A DNA stretch of 64,000 nt from Candidatus Latescibacterota bacterium. GTDB lineage: Bacteria > Latescibacterota > UBA2968 > UBA8231. The notes below the pieces were generated by a model. The model had not been told where the DNA came from. It did not search any database and worked only from the letters and a program-made list of their open reading frames with translations. The translations under genes were made by a program, and so were the position numbers. The stretch spans positions 5,312,001-5,376,000 of the forward strand of contig CBDETK010000013.1 in assembly GCA_965242865.1 (NCBI GenBank). Direction: 5' to 3'. Numbering within the stretch: position 1 is the stretch's first letter; each line of letters begins with the position of its first letter. Positions 8,722 to 18,806 of the stretch are shown here, piece after piece.

Positions 8722-10719
8722 TCAGCCGTGCAGGATGGGGTGGCCGTTGCCGGGGAAGAACACCATATCGACGATAAACGAGATCCCCACGCCAAAGAAG
8801 TGCCCGAGAATCAGGCCGATGAAAAACGGCGCGGCCTTGCGGTATAGCTCAATGCCGCCAAAGCGCATGATCAGGCTCTTGGCCGCCCACGCCACAAAAA
8901 TCGCCGGGGCTTGGTTCCGCACCATCCAGATCGCGGAAATGGCCAAGCCCACCGGATGCAAAGGCCACCACGGGAAGCGATACTGCATAAACGTCAAAAC
9001 CGCCATGGCCGCGGCGCCAATGCCGAAAAAGCCCAACTTTTGCGCGTGGAAATCGGCCGGGGTTTTTATCTTGGTCAGCGCGTCGTCAAAGGAGCGCACG
9101 CCCGCGCCCGAGGAGACGCGGAAAAACCAAGAGTTGAAGTTGGACGCTCCCTGCTCGTAGGCCATGGCAATGACGTACACAATGGCCGCGACAAAGCCGA
9201 CCACTAGGGCCAGCGCAATGGCCAAGCACAAGCCGCGGCGGCTCATGCGCATGGCGTCGTGCAGGCGGGCGGCATGGGCGGCCGACGGCATGAAAATAGA
9301 CTGCACGTCGCTGAAGAACCCATAGCTCATCCCCAAGGCCGCCAAACCCGTCGGCGAAATCGCACTCGTGCCAAAGGTCATCATGGTCATGGCTTGGCTG
9401 ACTACGGGCGTCGTCAGGTAAAAGACGCCGGCCTGCACCACCAAGCGGGTGATGCCCAAGTAGGCAATGAGCACGCCGCCCAAGAAAACCGCGGCCACCG
9501 ACCATTCCATGCCGGCTTTGTTGAGCCACGCCAGCATATAGACGACCCCGACCACTAGGCCGACGACCGCGCTGCGATAGGACATTAGCTCGCGGCTGTC
9601 GTCAACCGGATGGGCGGGATTCCACGCTTTGCGCGCCACGTCCTTGAGGTGATCGCGCGCCATCCACAGCCCCCACAGCACCAGCACCACAAACGCTCCC
9701 CAGCACTGCCAAGACGTCGAGGGCAAGCCCCACACGAAGTTGTCCGCCTCGGTGACGCCCACGCCAAAGCGGTTGAACAGCCCCTCTTCGACCAGCAGCA
9801 ACAAAAAGAAGAACCAGATACTGAAGGTGACGTTGAGGTTGGCGAAGTACATGAAGCCGACGACCGGGAAGTAGAAGCGAATGTTGATCGCGGGAAAGCC
9901 GTGCGCGATTTGGATCGGATGGTTCCATTCGATCGTGGGAAAAAAGTGGAAGAAAAAGCCGACGATGTTCCACAACACAATGCACAAGGGAATCGCCGCT
10001 CCCAGCCAAAACACCTTGTTGCGCAAGACGGCCGGCACCCGCGCCGGGCCATCGGCGTCCGCCACCAAGGCTTGCGGCACCTCCATCAGGGGATAGGCCA
10101 GCCGCTCGCGCTCGACCCACTGCTTGCGCAAGATGACGACCCAGCAAAAACACACCGCGTACAAGGTCCATATAAAGCTCAGCCACCAAAACAGCGGCAT
10201 GGCCCACGCATCGAGCAAGGTGCCCCAAGGCATCGGCTCCCCCAAGGGCAGCCCCTCAAAGAACCAAGTCATGGCTAACCCGTCGTTGCTCGGCAACAGC
10301 CACGTCGGCAGGTAAGGCAACACGTAGGTTGCCCACTGGTTTTCAGCGGAGGCAAAGTAGTAGGGCGTGGTGGGAATCGACAGCACGTAGCCCATCATGA
10401 AGATGGGGATGCCGGTCGTCACCAAGCCCATGACCACGACCGTGATCATCTCGGCCGGCCGCAAGGCCCAGCCCGGATGGATCGTCTTGAGCAGGATGTT
10501 GAGCAGGATGAGGCAGCAGAACGAAAAGCCGACCGCAATCGGAAAGAACGACCACGTGATTTCGGACGACCCCAAGACCCAAATGGCGTAGGGCGCGCCC
10601 AAACACACCACTAGGACTTGGACGACGCCGAGCACCAATGAGCGGAGCGTGAGGCCGCTGGCCGCGCCTTGGCGCGTAGGTGTTTCTCGCTGGGTACGGG
10701 CCGCAGTCGGCGACGTCAT
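8722..10719 (-). CDS. Multi-pass membrane protein, DUF6785/DUF6784-like (putative peptide transporter)
   Basis: Same motifs as its neighbour, with the identical C-terminus GNGHPILHG. Confidence 0.75.
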   Translation of the reverse strand: MTSPTAARTQRETPTRQGAASGLTLRSLVLGVVQVLVVCLGAPYAIWVLGSSEITWSFFPIAVGFSFCCLILLNILLKTIHPGWALRPAEMITVVVMGLVTTGIPIFMMGYVLSIPTTPYYFASAENQWATYVLPYLPTWLLPSNDGLAMTWFFEGLPLGEPMPWGTLLDAWAMPLFWWLSFIWTLYAVCFCWVVILRKQWVERERLAYPLMEVPQALVADADGPARVPAVLRNKVFWLGAAIPLCIVLWNIVGFFFHFFPTIEWNHPIQIAHGFPAINIRFYFPVVGFMYFANLNVTFSIWFFFLLLLVEEGLFNRFGVGVTEADNFVWGLPSTSWQCWGAFVVLVLWGLWMARDHLKDVARKAWNPAHPVDDSRELMSYRSAVVGLVVGVVYMLAWLNKAGMEWSVAAVFLGGVLIAYLGITRLVVQAGVFYLTTPVVSQAMTMMTFGTSAISPTGLAALGMSYGFFSDVQSIFMPSAAHAARLHDAMRMSRRGLCLAIALALVVGFVAAIVYVIAMAYEQGASNFNSWFFRVSSGAGVRSFDDALTKIKTPADFHAQKLGFFGIGAAAMAVLTFMQYRFPWWPLHPVGLAISAIWMVRNQAPAIFVAWAAKSLIMRFGGIELYRKAAPFFIGLILGHFFGVGISFIVDMVFFPGNGHPILHG

Positions 10720-10720
10720 C

Positions 10721-12319
10721 CTACAACCCGGCCGCGTGACGCCCGGCCGCCGGATCGCCGGCCGCGTAGTACGTGCCCGCGTCCGCCCACAGCATCACCG
10801 GCGTGGCGATCGGGCCTTTGCGGGCCTCGACTTGGTGCCCGCGCCGCGCCAGCTCGCCCCGGACCTGCGCGTCAACAGCCGCGCTGATGGCCAGCGAGCC
10901 TGCCTGAAGGAACGTCTGCTCGCGCACCGGGTTGGGATCAAACGAGTCCTCGTGGTGGTCCGTGGCAAAGCGCGGCGCGACGACCGCCTCGGCCGGTCGC
11001 ATCCCAAACTCCACAACGTCGAGCAAAACATTCAAGGTGGCCTGATCTTGCAGGTCGCCGCCGGCCACGCTGATGGCCAACACGGGCGCGCCATCTTTGA
11101 GCACCAGCGTAGGCGTCAGGGTGATGCGGGGCCGCTTGCCCGGCGCGATGCAGTTGGGGTGCCCGGCGGTTGTGTTGAGGCTGCGCAGGCGGTTGCCATA
11201 AGAGACGCCCGTGCTACCGCTGCCGCCCGCGTGATAGACATTCGCGCTCGGCGTGGCCGACACGACCATGCCCCAGCGGTCGGCCACCACGCACGTAGTT
11301 GTGCCGCCGACCCCGGGCCGGAACGCGCCCCCCTCCTGCACCGCCCTCATGCCGAGCGGGTCGCCGGGGCGGGCGTCCAGCGCCGCTCGGCCCATGTCGA
11401 TTAGGGGCCGCCGGAGCTGGGTGTAGTCGTCGGACAGCAGCGCGTCCATGGGCACATCTGCGAACAGGGGGTCGCCGTAGTGTGCGTCGCGGTCGGCCAA
11501 GGCCAGCTTCATGGCTTCGACCACCGCGTGGACGTAGTCGGCCGAGCAATGCCCCATGCTTTTGAGATCAAACCCTTCGAGCAGGCGCAGCGCTTGGCAC
11601 AGATAAGGGCCTTGGGTCCACGGGCCGCACTTGTACACTTGGTAGCCCCGGTAATCGACCGCCACCGGCTCTTCGATCAAGGTCTTATGGGCGGCCAAGT
11701 CCGCCCGGCGCAAGAACCCGCCCTGCTCCACGTAAAACGCCTCTAGGTCTTCGGCTACATCGCCGCGGTCAGCACTGCGACCGTAGAAGTGATCGCTGGC
11801 CGCTTGCAGCTTCTCCACGCGATTGCCCGCCGCCCGGTGCTCTTGCTCAACCAAGCGTCGCAGCGTCCGCGCCAAGCGGGGGTGCCACGCCTCCTCGCCT
11901 TGGTCGAGCAGGGCCAAGGTCGGCGCGACAATCTCGGCAAAGCTCTGCGTACCGTAGTGCTGCAACAGGGTAATGCACAAATCCACGACCGCGGGCACCG
12001 GGGCCATCTTGATGTCGTGGTTCGGGATGCCGTGCTCCAAGTACCAAGCAATGGCGGCTGGCGATCGCGGCGCCCGCCCTTGGCCGGACAGCGACTTGAC
12101 TGTGTGCCCGTCCCATATAAGCACCGGCACTTCCCCGCCGATGGAGCAATCCCCGTGGTCGGTGACGTTGAGCGCGAGGATCGCGCCGGCCGTGGCGTCG
12201 GCCGCATTGCCGCCGTGGCCGAGGATTTCAAGGCCCGCGGCTACCGCCCCGGCACCACCGGCCGCAATGACGCCGGTCTTGCTCTCGGCGTGCCAGCCGA
12301 TCTGATTTACCCTAGTCAT
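10721..12319 (-). CDS. ggt: Gamma-glutamyltransferase family protein
   Basis: GGNAADA, IGGE, EAMKLALADRDAHYGDP, nucleophile region GGTTTCVVAD and PGKRPRITLTP. Confidence 0.9.
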   Translation of the reverse strand: MTRVNQIGWHAESKTGVIAAGGAGAVAAGLEILGHGGNAADATAGAILALNVTDHGDCSIGGEVPVLIWDGHTVKSLSGQGRAPRSPAAIAWYLEHGIPNHDIKMAPVPAVVDLCITLLQHYGTQSFAEIVAPTLALLDQGEEAWHPRLARTLRRLVEQEHRAAGNRVEKLQAASDHFYGRSADRGDVAEDLEAFYVEQGGFLRRADLAAHKTLIEEPVAVDYRGYQVYKCGPWTQGPYLCQALRLLEGFDLKSMGHCSADYVHAVVEAMKLALADRDAHYGDPLFADVPMDALLSDDYTQLRRPLIDMGRAALDARPGDPLGMRAVQEGGAFRPGVGGTTTCVVADRWGMVVSATPSANVYHAGGSGSTGVSYGNRLRSLNTTAGHPNCIAPGKRPRITLTPTLVLKDGAPVLAISVAGGDLQDQATLNVLLDVVEFGMRPAEAVVAPRFATDHHEDSFDPNPVREQTFLQAGSLAISAAVDAQVRGELARRGHQVEARKGPIATPVMLWADAGTYYAAGDPAAGRHAAGL

Positions 12320-12429
12320 CTGTTTCTCCTTGTCAAAAAAAGATAGGCCGCGTTTAATATCGCTTTGCGAGGGCGGTCTGTCGAGATGGCGGTGGGGGCG
12401 CGATACTCTTTATCCCAAGAGGATACCCG

Positions 12430-14208
12430 ATGAAACTGCTACATTACCTAGAGCTCCAAAACTTCAAGTGTTTTGGCGACGCGCAGCGCATCGCGCTGGA
12501 TCATCCGTCCGTGCTCATCGGCCCCAACAACTGCGGCAAGACAACCGCCATACAGGCCATCGCACTCTGGTCACAGGCCGTCAAGACCTGGTTAGACAGC
12601 AAGGGAAAAGCACCGCCCAAGGGGCGGACATCGACCGCAATTAACCGGCTCAACATCGTCTCGGTCCCCGTGCAGCGTACGCGCTACTTCTGGCACAACA
12701 TGGCCGTACGCACCGGCAACCGCGACATCTATTTTCAAATTACGCTGGGCGTCTTATACGAGCGTAACGTCGAGCCTGTCACTATGCGATTTCGCAATCA
12801 GGGCAACGAGTTGGTGTACTGCACACCGGACGAGGCGACCCTCGCACGGCCCGAACTCATCGAAACGGCAGCCGGATTCAATGTTAAGTTGCTATATCCA
12901 ATGTCGGGCCTCGACACCGAAGAAGCCGTTTTACAGCCCGGGCGCATCGATGTATTGCTCGGTCAGGGCCAAACGGCGCAAGTGCTCCGCAACCTCTGCC
13001 TAATCGTCTGCCAAAACGCGCCCGAAGATTGGCAAAAGATCGTCGATCTAATGAAGCGTTTGTTCTCAGTCGATCTCGGCAATCCGCAGGAGACCTCGCG
13101 GGGCAGCATTGACCTCTTCTATCGGCAGCCTCACGTCAAGGATCGGTTGGACCTGTCGCTCGTGGGACGCGGATTCCAGCAGATGCTCCTGATCGTTGCG
13201 TACCTGTATTCAGGTCGGCGTACCGTCCTCCTAATCGACGAGCCCGACGCGCACCTCGAAATCCTGCGCCAAAAACAGATCTACGTGTTGTTGCGCGAAA
13301 TCGCCGTTGAGCGCGAGTCGCAGATCATCCTCGCCACCCATTCGGAGGTCGTCTTAGAGGAAGCACGCGATCACAACCTCATCCTGCTGTTGCCGGGACG
13401 AGCCGACGATCTCGCGGCAAAGCAAGACATCCTCAACGCGCTCAAACACTACGGGACCGAACATTACATTCGGGCACGGCAGCGGGGCTACGTGCTCTAC
13501 GTGGAAGGAAGCACAGATGCCGACATCCTGCGGGCGTTGGCAAAGCAACTGAATCACGCGGCAGAAAGCGTTTGGGACGAGCGCGTCAACGCATTCTATG
13601 TGAAAAACACCTTCCCGACTGCCAGCTTGAACTCAGAACTCGAGCGCGTGGAAGGTGGCTTCGATGCGACGCCTAAGCAGCACTTCTTCGCTTTACAGCC
13701 CATGGTGCCCAACCTAAGAGGATTGGCGATCCTCGATAACGATGGTCATCAGCGGAAAGACTCGGATGATGGAGGGCTTCAGATCGCCTACTGGCGTCGC
13801 TATGAAGTGGAGAACTACTTTATCACGCCGGACGTATTGCGAAAGTACGTCGCCGAACAATACCAAGATCTACCGCTCTTTGACAAGACCGACGATGTCC
13901 TCAGCGCATTGATCCAAGAACGCGTTTTTGACGGTAGCCAAAGCGATTTCACTACCTGGCGCGATGCAAACGAGGGTGCCAAACGGCTCTTGTGGGAAGC
14001 GCGAACCGAGCGATTGAAGCTAAGCGACTTTGCCGAGGAGTTCTTTCGGCGGCTCGCGCAAAAGCTCGGCCACGCCATGTTGCTCAGAAAGGGTGAACTC
14101 CATCGCTTGGTCCACTTCGTCGATCCCGCCACAATCCCCCAAGAGGTGAGCGAAAAACTCGACTTGCTACAAAAACTCTTTGAGCAAGCGAACCGAGAGC
14201 CTGAGTGA
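12430..14208 (+). CDS. ABC-type ATPase plus TOPRIM-like nuclease (OLD-family-like)
   Basis: LQNFKCF, Walker A GPNNCGKT, Walker B LLIDEPDAHL, ATHS, then YVEGSTD and ILDND TOPRIM-like motifs and YEVENY. Confidence 0.8.
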   Translation: MKLLHYLELQNFKCFGDAQRIALDHPSVLIGPNNCGKTTAIQAIALWSQAVKTWLDSKGKAPPKGRTSTAINRLNIVSVPVQRTRYFWHNMAVRTGNRDIYFQITLGVLYERNVEPVTMRFRNQGNELVYCTPDEATLARPELIETAAGFNVKLLYPMSGLDTEEAVLQPGRIDVLLGQGQTAQVLRNLCLIVCQNAPEDWQKIVDLMKRLFSVDLGNPQETSRGSIDLFYRQPHVKDRLDLSLVGRGFQQMLLIVAYLYSGRRTVLLIDEPDAHLEILRQKQIYVLLREIAVERESQIILATHSEVVLEEARDHNLILLLPGRADDLAAKQDILNALKHYGTEHYIRARQRGYVLYVEGSTDADILRALAKQLNHAAESVWDERVNAFYVKNTFPTASLNSELERVEGGFDATPKQHFFALQPMVPNLRGLAILDNDGHQRKDSDDGGLQIAYWRRYEVENYFITPDVLRKYVAEQYQDLPLFDKTDDVLSALIQERVFDGSQSDFTTWRDANEGAKRLLWEARTERLKLSDFAEEFFRRLAQKLGHAMLLRKGELHRLVHFVDPATIPQEVSEKLDLLQKLFEQANREPE

Positions 14209-14235
14209 GGAATAGCGCGTCCCCGTGCGATGGCC

Positions 14236-15057
14236 CTATTCGGCGAGCCGCCCAATCGGCTTGCGCGGGCCGACCAAGATCATCCGGCCCCAGGTGTTGT
14301 CGTCGTCGCCGTTGCCGTAGATCATGAAGTGGCCGCCATACGCACCGCCGTCCGGGTCGGTGTGGACGATTTCCATGCCGTATTCGTCGCCCACTTGCGG
14401 CGGCTGCCAGCGAGGGTCGCTTTGGCCAAAGGTCGGCACCATTTCGACGCGAGCTTCCAAGACGAAATCGGCCGCGCTCCGGCCCCAAGGATCCATGCGG
14501 ACGACGTAATCGCAAGCGGCCTCGGGGATCGGCTCTTCGAGGTAGCTTTGGCCGGGGGCTCCGTGCCGCCACCACGCGTTTCGCCGGGCTGGCTGGGGAT
14601 CGGCGATAAAGCAAAAGGCGTTGTCGCCTTGGCCGAAGCGCTCGTTGGCCCGGTCGCGCGGGCCTTCCATAAACCAGCAAATCGCATCCTTGAAATACCA
14701 GCGCTTGTCGGCCGGGTCGGGGTCGTCGAGATCGTTGACATTGTCCCAGACCTCGGCCCCTAAGTAGAAGTGGTGCGCGTCCCAAGCAATGTAGTAGCGG
14801 GCGCGCAAGTCGTCTTTGAGGGGCGGCTCGTCGCCGTGGTCCGTGAGGCGATTGCGCGCCCCGCGATCGAGGCGGTAGAAGCCGGCCTCGCTGATGCGGC
14901 GCATGTCCCAGACGCCGTCGTTGTGGGCGCGGTCCTTCCACTCGGCGAGATCGCCGTCAATCGTCGGCGCCGTCTCCAACAAGGGGACGTTGATGTTCAC
15001 GTCCGCATGCGCGGCCGAGGCCGCGAGCAACATCGCACAGATAGCAAAGGGCAGCAT
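14236..15057 (-). CDS. Secreted CBM9-like (sugar-binding) protein
   Basis: RBS GAGGAG, signal peptide ending AAHA, PTIDGDLAEW and YIAWDAHHFYLGAEVWD motifs. Confidence 0.7.
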   Translation of the reverse strand: MLPFAICAMLLAASAAHADVNINVPLLETAPTIDGDLAEWKDRAHNDGVWDMRRISEAGFYRLDRGARNRLTDHGDEPPLKDDLRARYYIAWDAHHFYLGAEVWDNVNDLDDPDPADKRWYFKDAICWFMEGPRDRANERFGQGDNAFCFIADPQPARRNAWWRHGAPGQSYLEEPIPEAACDYVVRMDPWGRSAADFVLEARVEMVPTFGQSDPRWQPPQVGDEYGMEIVHTDPDGGAYGGHFMIYGNGDDDNTWGRMILVGPRKPIGRLAE

Positions 15058-15068
15058 GAGTAGTCTCC

Positions 15069-15815
15069 TCAGCGGTAGTCTTCGGCTCGGTCCGCCGGCA
15101 CAAAGCCCACCGTCTGGCGAGCGTGCTCCAAGTCGCGGTAGCCCCATTTATTATCCGAGTTGACGAAGAAGGTGTCGAAGGGCAAATCGAGGGGGGCGGC
15201 AAGGCATTTTTCGATCATCTGCACGGCGTCGCGCTGGCTACACCAGACGCAGTATTCGCGGGACTGGGTCGGGCGGTCTTCTCGATTGACGCGGCCAAAG
15301 CGCAGGCAGAACACAGACATGCCGTGGGCTACGGCGTATTCGCGGGCCAGCTCTTCGCCCCACACCTTGCTCGCCGCGTACAGGCCCGTGGGCCGCAGGG
15401 GCGATTGCACCGTCAGCATGGGCCACGCAGCCGGTACTTGGTCGTACTCGCCGGCCAAAAGCTCCTTGTATGGAGAAAGCGCCGCGTACCCACCCATGAC
15501 CGACCCGCTGCTGGCAAAGAGGACGCGGCGCACTCCGGCCTCGCACGCCGCAGCGAAAACATGGCCGGTGCCCTGCAAATTGGCGCGGAAAATCGCCGAC
15601 AGGTCGTTGTCGATGTGGGCGGCGAGGTGGACGACCGCATCTACCCCGGCAAAGGCCGGCCGAATGGCGTTGAGATCGGCGATGTCGGCCCGGTGGCAGT
15701 CGATCGCGGACAGGGCGCGGCGATTGAGGGCGCGCAGGGTATAGTGCCGGCCGAGGCGGGCGACCGCGGCTGCGCCGATCAGGCCGGTGGCCCCGGTGAT
15801 GAGGACGGTTTGCAT
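15069..15815 (-). CDS. NAD-dependent epimerase/dehydratase (uronate dehydrogenase-like)
   Basis: VLITGATGLIG, HLAA, FASS and YAASK motifs. Confidence 0.85.
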   Translation of the reverse strand: MQTVLITGATGLIGAAAVARLGRHYTLRALNRRALSAIDCHRADIADLNAIRPAFAGVDAVVHLAAHIDNDLSAIFRANLQGTGHVFAAACEAGVRRVLFASSGSVMGGYAALSPYKELLAGEYDQVPAAWPMLTVQSPLRPTGLYAASKVWGEELAREYAVAHGMSVFCLRFGRVNREDRPTQSREYCVWCSQRDAVQMIEKCLAAPLDLPFDTFFVNSDNKWGYRDLEHARQTVGFVPADRAEDYR

Positions 15816-15825
15816 GGCGCGCCCC

Positions 15826-17406
15826 TTACATGCCCCACACGTGGATCGCGAGGCCATTGGTCGCGGACTCGCGGCGGTGGAATACCTTTTCTGCCCAAGG
15901 GCTGTCGCCCCGGTCAAAGATCACCAGATGCCCGGCCTCGGCCGCACACCGATCCACATAAGCGGCTGTTTGCTCGACCCCCTCGGCCACGGTCTGCGCC
16001 AAGCTCTTGTGGAGGATTTTGCACTCGACCGCGAACCGGCGCGTCTGCGCCCCCTGCGGCCACAGCAGCAGCAAATCCGTGCGCCGCCGGCCCAAGCCAT
16101 ACTCGCGCTCAATGCGGCCGCCGCTGTTGACGACCCGCTGCAAAAACGCCTGCAACAGAAGCTGCGGCCCGGCTTCCTTGTACTCAAATCGCTCCACCCA
16201 ATGCTCGGAGTGCTCGCGGAAAAACTCCTGAAACGCCGACAGCAACTTGCCCAAGTCCAAGCCGCCAGCGGCATCCACATACCAAGCCGTCTCCTGCACC
16301 AGCCCGGACTGGGCGGCCCGGGTCAGTTCCCGCGGCACCACTTCCGCATAGATAGGGTTGGCCATGCGCGGCGGATCATCGCCGGCGATCAGCCCCAAGT
16401 CGCGGACGTATTCGAGGTCGCGGCTGGAAAAGTCGCGCTCGTCGCCGCCGCTGAGCAGCGGCTCGACCACGCGCCGCACGCGCTCCTCTTGCAACTTGTC
16501 GGCCAACTGGTCCAGATGAGGCTCGCGGTGCAGGATGAGTTGCTCCCCAGCCGCGGCAATGGCCGCTTCGGCGATCGGCTGGTTGCGGTCGCGGCCGCGC
16601 GGGTTCCTGAAGCAGGCTTCGTCGGCGAGGGCGTTGACCAACCACGGCTGGCCTTGGGACTGGGTCCACACCCGTTCCAAAGCGGCTGGCTCAAACGCCT
16701 GCCCCGTCTCTGCGGTGTGCTGGGCCAGCAACGCGACGGTCTCCTCTTGGGAAAAATCGCCCAGTCGCAGGGAGACCGCTTTGATATTGAAGGCGCTGCC
16801 GCCGGTGATGATCTCGGGCTCAGACCGAGCGTGGATGCGGTAGTCGCGCACATCGCGGACGCCGCACAACACCACGCTCTGCGGAAAGCCGGCCGGGCGC
16901 ATGTCGTAGCCGGCGCGCACCTGCCGCAGCACGGACACGAGCGTATCGCCCACCAGCGAGTCGATCTCGTCGAGCAACAGCACCAATGGCGTTGGATCGG
17001 CGGCCGCCCAGCGGCTGAGAACCTGCTGGAGGGCGTCGTCGGGACCGGACCGCTGCAAAACGTCGAACCAGACCTCCTCGACAAATTCGTCGCCCACCGC
17101 CTGCCGGGCGCGCAACGCCAGTTGGCTGAGGATCGCCCGCATGGCGCGCTGGGTGTCCTCGCGCCCGGCCTGCCCGACCTCGACGTTGGCGTACACGCAG
17201 CGATACGCCCCTTCGCGGCCGCTATTGAGCAGGTCGCGCAACGCGAGCAGGGCCGAGGTCTTGCCCGTCTGCCGCGGCGCGTGCAACACAAAGTACTTTT
17301 TGTCCTGGATTAGGCCGAGCACTGCGCCGAGGTTTAGCCGCTCTAGGAGGGGAACGCAGTAATGGTCTGCGGGCACCACCGGGCCGGTGGTATTAAATGA
17401 ACGCAT
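15826..17406 (-). CDS. AAA-like ATPase with C-terminal PD-(D/E)XK nuclease-like domain
   Basis: MRSFNTTGP start, Walker A APRQTGKTS, Walker B LLDEID, C-terminal RTDLLL..FAVECK. Confidence 0.85.
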   Translation of the reverse strand: MRSFNTTGPVVPADHYCVPLLERLNLGAVLGLIQDKKYFVLHAPRQTGKTSALLALRDLLNSGREGAYRCVYANVEVGQAGREDTQRAMRAILSQLALRARQAVGDEFVEEVWFDVLQRSGPDDALQQVLSRWAAADPTPLVLLLDEIDSLVGDTLVSVLRQVRAGYDMRPAGFPQSVVLCGVRDVRDYRIHARSEPEIITGGSAFNIKAVSLRLGDFSQEETVALLAQHTAETGQAFEPAALERVWTQSQGQPWLVNALADEACFRNPRGRDRNQPIAEAAIAAAGEQLILHREPHLDQLADKLQEERVRRVVEPLLSGGDERDFSSRDLEYVRDLGLIAGDDPPRMANPIYAEVVPRELTRAAQSGLVQETAWYVDAAGGLDLGKLLSAFQEFFREHSEHWVERFEYKEAGPQLLLQAFLQRVVNSGGRIEREYGLGRRRTDLLLLWPQGAQTRRFAVECKILHKSLAQTVAEGVEQTAAYVDRCAAEAGHLVIFDRGDSPWAEKVFHRRESATNGLAIHVWGM

Positions 17407-17531
17407 GAGGGTTCTAAGCAGGTTGCTGGGGCTGGGCGTGTCTGATGTATAAACCAACTCGCTTAACATGGCAAGCTCCCATCCCGCCGCGCGGATTGTC
17501 GGCAAGGGGTGGTTTGGCTAATATAAACCCC

Positions 17532-18806
17532 GTGCAATCCGCGAAAAAACTACTAATTCCATTATGTATGAGCCTCCTCGTCGCCTGCGGGGGCGACGAC
17601 CGCCCTCGGCCCGGCGAGCCGACCGAGGTGGTGTTGTGGGAGTTCGGGGGCGTCCCGGGCCTGCGCGTCTGGGTGCAGCAAGCCGTGGCCGACTTCAACG
17701 CCGAGCGCAACGACATCCAAATCGAGCTGGAATTCCGCGATTGGGCGACCCAGCGCGAGAGCCTGATCAGCACCACCATCGTCGGCGATGGGCCGGATAT
17801 TGTGCGCGTCCATCACAAGTACTCGGTCGAGTTCGGCGAGTTGGGGGGATTGTACGCGCTGGAGAATTTCCCGGACTTTCCCCAAGTCAAGGAGCGCGTC
17901 CTCGACAATGTTTGGGAGCTGGTCGAATACGACGACCAGCACTACGGCCTGCCGGTGACCATGCTGCCCTTTGTGCTGGCGGTCAATACCGACATCATGG
18001 CGCGGCTGGGACTCGAAGTCCCCCAAACGTGGGACGAGATGCTGGCCCTCGGCCCAAAATTCGCCGGCACCGGGATCGATCCTTTTACCATGCCCGGGGG
18101 CGTCAACCTCGACACGGCCTACCGCTTCCTGCCGCTGCTGTACAAAGCGGGCGGGCGCGTCTTTAACGAAGATTGGTCGACCGCGGCCTTTAACGGCCCG
18201 GCCGGGTTGGCCGCGCTGGAGTTTTTAGTCGAGATGAAGGTCAAGGGCTATTTGCCGGCCGGCAGCGCGGCCTATCGCTTTGACGAAAACGCCGCGCACT
18301 GGTCAACGGGCAAGGCGGCCCTGTCGATTGAGGGGCCGTGGTGGCAGGACATCGTCCACGGCAACTACGGCTTCGACCTGAACAATCTGGCACTGGCGCA
18401 AATCCCCGCGCCGGCAGCGCGTATTGGGCCGCATCCTGCGCGGACGTTGCTCGACGTAATCATGATTGCCATAACGGGCTATACCCAAGTTCCCAATGAA
18501 GCGTGGGAAGTGGTCAAGGCACTCAACTTGGACCATCCGGTCTGGCGCAATCCCAACCCCACTATGGGCGGTATTCCCACGCTCAAGGCGGCCTATGCCG
18601 AAGGCGTGCAGTCCGACTATATCGACTTGGACCAGCTCGCGCTTGCCGGGGCCAATGGGCTGGGCTGGCCCGGGCATCCGGCCATTACCCAAGTCCAGCG
18701 GCACATTGCCGACGCGGTCAATATGGCCCTGACCGGCGCACTAAGCCCCAAGGAGGCGTTGGACTTGGCGGCCGAGGAAGTCAATGAGGTGTTGAGTGAT
18801 TACTAG
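17532..18806 (+). CDS. Sugar ABC transporter substrate-binding lipoprotein
   Basis: Lipobox LLVAC, GPDIV and YGLP motifs, upstream of two permeases. In-frame GTG start chosen (ORF track starts at 17445). Confidence 0.85.
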   Translation: MQSAKKLLIPLCMSLLVACGGDDRPRPGEPTEVVLWEFGGVPGLRVWVQQAVADFNAERNDIQIELEFRDWATQRESLISTTIVGDGPDIVRVHHKYSVEFGELGGLYALENFPDFPQVKERVLDNVWELVEYDDQHYGLPVTMLPFVLAVNTDIMARLGLEVPQTWDEMLALGPKFAGTGIDPFTMPGGVNLDTAYRFLPLLYKAGGRVFNEDWSTAAFNGPAGLAALEFLVEMKVKGYLPAGSAAYRFDENAAHWSTGKAALSIEGPWWQDIVHGNYGFDLNNLALAQIPAPAARIGPHPARTLLDVIMIAITGYTQVPNEAWEVVKALNLDHPVWRNPNPTMGGIPTLKAAYAEGVQSDYIDLDQLALAGANGLGWPGHPAITQVQRHIADAVNMALTGALSPKEALDLAAEEVNEVLSDY

